Shown one piece after another: positions 60,654 through 64,000 of a DNA stretch of 64,000 bases. This stretch comes from an uncultured delta proteobacterium (GTDB lineage: Bacteria > Myxococcota_A > Polyangia > Polyangiales > Polyangiaceae). The translations under genes were made by a program, and so were the position numbers. The stretch spans positions 160,001 to 224,000 of the forward strand of contig CAWJCS010000003.1 of assembly GCA_963841435.1 (NCBI GenBank). The letters are read 5' to 3'. A model generated the notes under the pieces. It did no database searches. It was given only the letters and a program-made list of their open reading frames with translations, and was not told where the DNA came from. Numbering within the stretch: position 1 is the stretch's first letter; each line of letters opens with the position of its first letter.

Positions 60654-61312
60654 GAGTCCTCCCCTTCACCGTTCCCTGAGGACCGTCGCAACAGGCTGGA
60701 AAGCTCCGGGTCGGCTGCAATGCGGGCGTGCAGCTCGCGCCGCCCACGCACGAGACGCGTCTGCGCGGCAGCGGGAGTAGCTCCCGTGATCGCGCTCACC
60801 TCATGTAGGGAAAATCCCTGCACGTCATGGAGCACGAAGGTCCACGCCTTGCGAACGTCGAGCTTGCGAAGATGGGCTTCGATGCGACGGATGGTGCTGC
60901 GGTGCGTGACGGTGCCGGTGGCAGCGCGATCGACGAGGTCGTGTCCCTCGATGGGCTCGAGCACGAACAGACGGCGTTCGATCTTGCGCCGGCGGATGTG
61001 CTTGTAGGCGGCGCGCGCCGCGATGATCGCAGCCCACGCGTCGAGGGGACACTCGCCGCGGAAGCGGTCCATGCTGAAGACCAGGTCAACGAGCGCCTGC
61101 TGTGCAACGTCCTCGTGGTCCGGATCGCGGCCGCCGAGGAGCCGCACGAGCGTGCGTTCCACGACCGGGCGCAGGCAATCGTGGAACGTCGCTGCCGCGC
61201 GGTTGTCACCCGAGCGGACGGCCTCCACGAGCCCCGCGTCGTCCCCCACCCCGGCTCCGTCGGGTCCCAGGCGCCCAACGACCTTCAGCGAGCGTTCCAA
61301 GGCCGCGGCCAT
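60650..61312 (-). CDS. ECF RNA polymerase sigma factor (cassette 2)
   Basis: DHEDVAQQAL...FRGECPLDAW; FVLHDVQGFSLHEVS...TRLVRGR. Start is 61312 or 61342. Confidence 0.9.
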   Translation of the reverse strand: MAAALERSLKVVGRLGPDGAGVGDDAGLVEAVRSGDNRAAATFHDCLRPVVERTLVRLLGGRDPDHEDVAQQALVDLVFSMDRFRGECPLDAWAAIIAARAAYKHIRRRKIERRLFVLEPIEGHDLVDRAATGTVTHRSTIRRIEAHLRKLDVRKAWTFVLHDVQGFSLHEVSAITGATPAAAQTRLVRGRRELHARIAADPELSSLLRRSSGNGEGEDS

Positions 61313-61413
61313 TGGAGGAGAGTGCCTCGAGTTCCCAGACACCAGGCTAGTAGGGGTAGCACCCCGAGCCTCCCCGGTCCCTTGCCAACCACCAATCTCT
61401 CACCCGACCGGCC

Positions 61414-62382
61414 TTAGAACTCCGTCCGGAGCCCCAGCCGGGCCGCAGGCGCCACGAGCCCGAAGCGGGCCCTGGGCTCGCCCTGAACGACGACCATCGT
61501 CCGACCCCCGAGAATTTCGGCTCCGACCTCGGCGAAGGCGGCCGAGGCCCCTCCAATCCACAGCCCACCGCTCAGGGCCGGCTCGAAGGCCGGCACCCAG
61601 TGCGACTGACTCGGGGTTGCGTCGGCTCCTGCTTCGGCGAGGCGGGTGACGCGGATCTCGGCGGCGTAGACGGCGAGGCTCGGGCCCAGCCAACTGTAGG
61701 CGCCGGGCCGCCACGCCGCCCAGGTCACCTGGCCCCCAACGGCAAGGAAGCGCGAGCTGGCCTGGGCCGCGGGGAGGGTCCCGAATCTCCCCTCCCCGGC
61801 AATGCCGATCCGCAGCGCCTCGAGCAAGCCGATGTCGAGCACGAGCCGCGCCCCGAAGCCGGTGGCGTCACCCGGTCCCACGGCGACGAACGCGGCTGCC
61901 GCGCCGGCACGACCGGAACGCTCGTCCCGCGATGCAGGCGAGGGTCGCTCGCGGTCGACGGGAACGGGAACGGGAACGGGAACGAGAACGGGAACGGGCG
62001 CAAGCGCCGGTTCGGGCGCTGGCCGGGGCGCGGAGGCGCTGTCAGTAAAGATCGATGCCACGACGAAGCCGAGCGTGCGTCCCCGCTCTGCCGGCGGGTC
62101 GTTGGGGTCGAAGGTGACCGAGCGATCGATCCAGCGATGGCTGGTCGGCAGGTAGACGTGCAGGTGCGCTCCACCCGGCGTTCCAGGATCCCAGTGCAGC
62201 TCCACGACGCCCGAGCCCGCCGGCGTCGCGGGCCGCTCGGCGTCACCCTCGCGGATCGTCTCGACGCGCAGCTCGACCCGATCGCCGAGCGCTTCTCGGG
62301 CGGTATTGACGAACGACTGGGTGCCGGGCGACGTGAGCTCCGACGCGGCGACCCAGATCGTGAGCAGAGCTCTCAAGGCCAA
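61414..62382 (-). CDS. Exported protein with Pro/Val linker and predicted C-terminal beta-barrel (cassette 2)
   Basis: Same layout as 20636-21769; ends RLGLRTEF with a terminal Phe. Confidence 0.68.
   Translation of the reverse strand: MALRALLTIWVAASELTSPGTQSFVNTAREALGDRVELRVETIREGDAERPATPAGSGVVELHWDPGTPGGAHLHVYLPTSHRWIDRSVTFDPNDPPAERGRTLGFVVASIFTDSASAPRPAPEPALAPVPVLVPVPVPVPVDRERPSPASRDERSGRAGAAAAFVAVGPGDATGFGARLVLDIGLLEALRIGIAGEGRFGTLPAAQASSRFLAVGGQVTWAAWRPGAYSWLGPSLAVYAAEIRVTRLAEAGADATPSQSHWVPAFEPALSGGLWIGGASAAFAEVGAEILGGRTMVVVQGEPRARFGLVAPAARLGLRTEF
61958..61998. repeat. Hexamer tandem repeat (ACGGGA)n encoding a (PV)n linker
   Basis: About 6-7 copies with one ACGAGA variant; in frame. 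Confidence 0.85.
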
Positions 62383-62450
62383 GCCGACCGCGCGATCCTA
62401 GCCCGGCGCCGACGATCTGGGAAAGCATCGCGACGAGGCCCGGGAGGGCC

Positions 62451-63957
62451 TCAGCGCTTCAGCACGACGAAAACGGTCGCCCCGCGGCGGTAGAGCAGGA
62501 GGAGCACGTCGCCTTGGGTCTTCTGGTAGAGGGCGCCGAACTCGCGAACGCTCCCGACCGGCGTGCGGTTCACCTCGAGCAGCACGTCGCCCGGGCGCAG
62601 TCCGGCGCGACCGGCCGGGGTGCCCGGGGCGACGGCCGTGACGACCACACCCTTCGTCACGCCATCCCCGATGCCGAACGCCTGGCGCGTTTCGGGCCCG
62701 AGCTCGCCGAGCGCGAGGCCGTTGAACACCCGGCTGGTGAGGCGCGCCAGCCGGCGCCGCGCGCGCGGCCGGCGCGTCGTTCGGCGACTCGCCGAGGGAC
62801 ACCGCCAGCGTCTGGAGCTTACCGTCGCGATAGAGCTCGAGCGTCACCTTGCGATTGGCGCCGGACGACGCAATCGCATTGCGGAGCTGTCCCGTGGTCG
62901 TGACGGGCTTCGCGTCGACCTTCGTGACGACGTCGCCGCGCTTGAGCCCGGAGCGTCCCGCGGGCGAGCCCGGTTGTACGTCCGCGATCAACACGCCCTC
63001 CGTCGTCGGCAGCTTCATCGCGTGCGAAAGCTCCTTGTCAACGTCCTGAATCGACACGCCGAGCCAACCGCGCGTGACCTTGCCGTACTTCTTCAGGCTC
63101 TCCATGATCGGGATCGCCATGTTGGTGGGGATGGCGAAACCGATGCCCTGGTAGCCGCCGCTGCGCGAGAGGATGGCCGTGTTGATGCCGACGAGTCGCC
63201 CCTCGGTGTCGATGAGCGCGCCCCCGGAATTGCCGGGATTGATCGCGGCGTCCGTCTGGATGAAGTCCTCGTAATCGACGATGCCGACGTCGGCGCGGCC
63301 CTTGGCCGATACGATGCCCATCGTGACCGTCTGCCCGACGCCGAAGGGGTTCCCGATGGCGAGCACGACGTCGCCGAGGCGGAGCGCCGAAGAATCGCCG
63401 ATCTGGATGGGGCGCAGGCCGCCGGGTGCGTCCTTGAGGCGAATCAGCGCTACGTCGCTCTTCGGATCCGTCCCGACGACCTCGGCGTCGAACTCACGGC
63501 GGTCGTTGAGCGTCACCTTGATGTCTTGTGCGTCCTCGACGACGTGATTGTTGGTGATGACGTAGCCGTCGCTCGAGACGATGACGCCGGAGCCCATGCC
63601 CTGCTCGCGGCGCTCGCCCTGCTGGCCCTGCTGGCCCTGCCCGGGCCCCGGCCCGAAGAAGAACGGGAACATCGCGGGGGCCTGAAGGCGGCTGAGCTTG
63701 GTGAGCGAGATGTTGACGACCGAAGGCAGCGCCCGCTCGGCGACGTCGGCGATGCTGGCCGAAGCGCCCGCGCCCACCTTGGCGAACGCCGGCGTCGGCA
63801 GCACGCTCACGGGAACCGCGCTCCGCGGGGTCGGCTCCGGCGTCGCCTCGGTGTTCGAGGGGCCGGCGTGCGGGGTGCGGGTACAGCCTAGCGGTAGCCC
63901 CAAAAGCACGCTCATCGTGAGCATGCGGAGTCGCGGAAGGATCGAATGGTAGGTCAT
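62451..63957 (-). CDS. DegP/DegQ (HtrA) serine protease with two PDZ domains, frameshift near 62725
   Basis: GSGVI, TNNHVV, SDVAL, IQTDAAINPGNSGG; the second PDZ (62451-62729) is in the shifted frame; possible lipobox PLGC. Confidence 0.93.
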
Positions 63958-64000
63958 GGTCCCGCCCCTGTAACCCGTCGTCCCTTTCGTCCATTCCCGA

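Noticed and set aside
61958-61998. Hexamer repeat as a phase-variation switch
   Set aside because: The unit length is a multiple of 3, so slippage only changes linker length.

Overview
Very GC-rich (about 70% by eye) bacterial DNA. Gene content (Gly-rich lipoproteins, FHA-sigma54 activator, Ser/Thr kinases with TPR partners, several ECF sigma factors) points by inference to Myxococcota, probably Polyangiales. About 50 CDSs. Housekeeping and envelope genes include tamA/tamB-like, phoH, astA, lysS, lolC/E-lolD, prfB with its programmed +1 frameshift, nfeD-SPFH, ribF, holA, ribA, glmU, an MltD-like transglycosylase, fumC and HtrA. These are interleaved with accessory signalling cassettes. The best candidate for an undescribed system is a four-gene cassette found twice in different gene orders (18110-21769 and 58743-62382): ECF sigma factor, single-pass anti-sigma-like protein with C-terminal TPR, exported protein with a beta-barrel-like C-terminus, and Gly-linker/Cys-rich lipoprotein, with no TonB-dependent receptor. 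A parallel kinase cassette (41960-48178) has an FHA-sigma54 activator, membrane kinase, TPR protein and three CBM-like lipoproteins. Other signals: a 19-bp inverted repeat around a divergent promoter region, three sigma54 promoter candidates, two apparent deletion scars, and five frameshifts each repairable by removing one T from a coding-strand TT (probably sequencing error). No rRNA, tRNA, CRISPR array or transposase was recognised. All family calls are by motif recognition; no searches were run.
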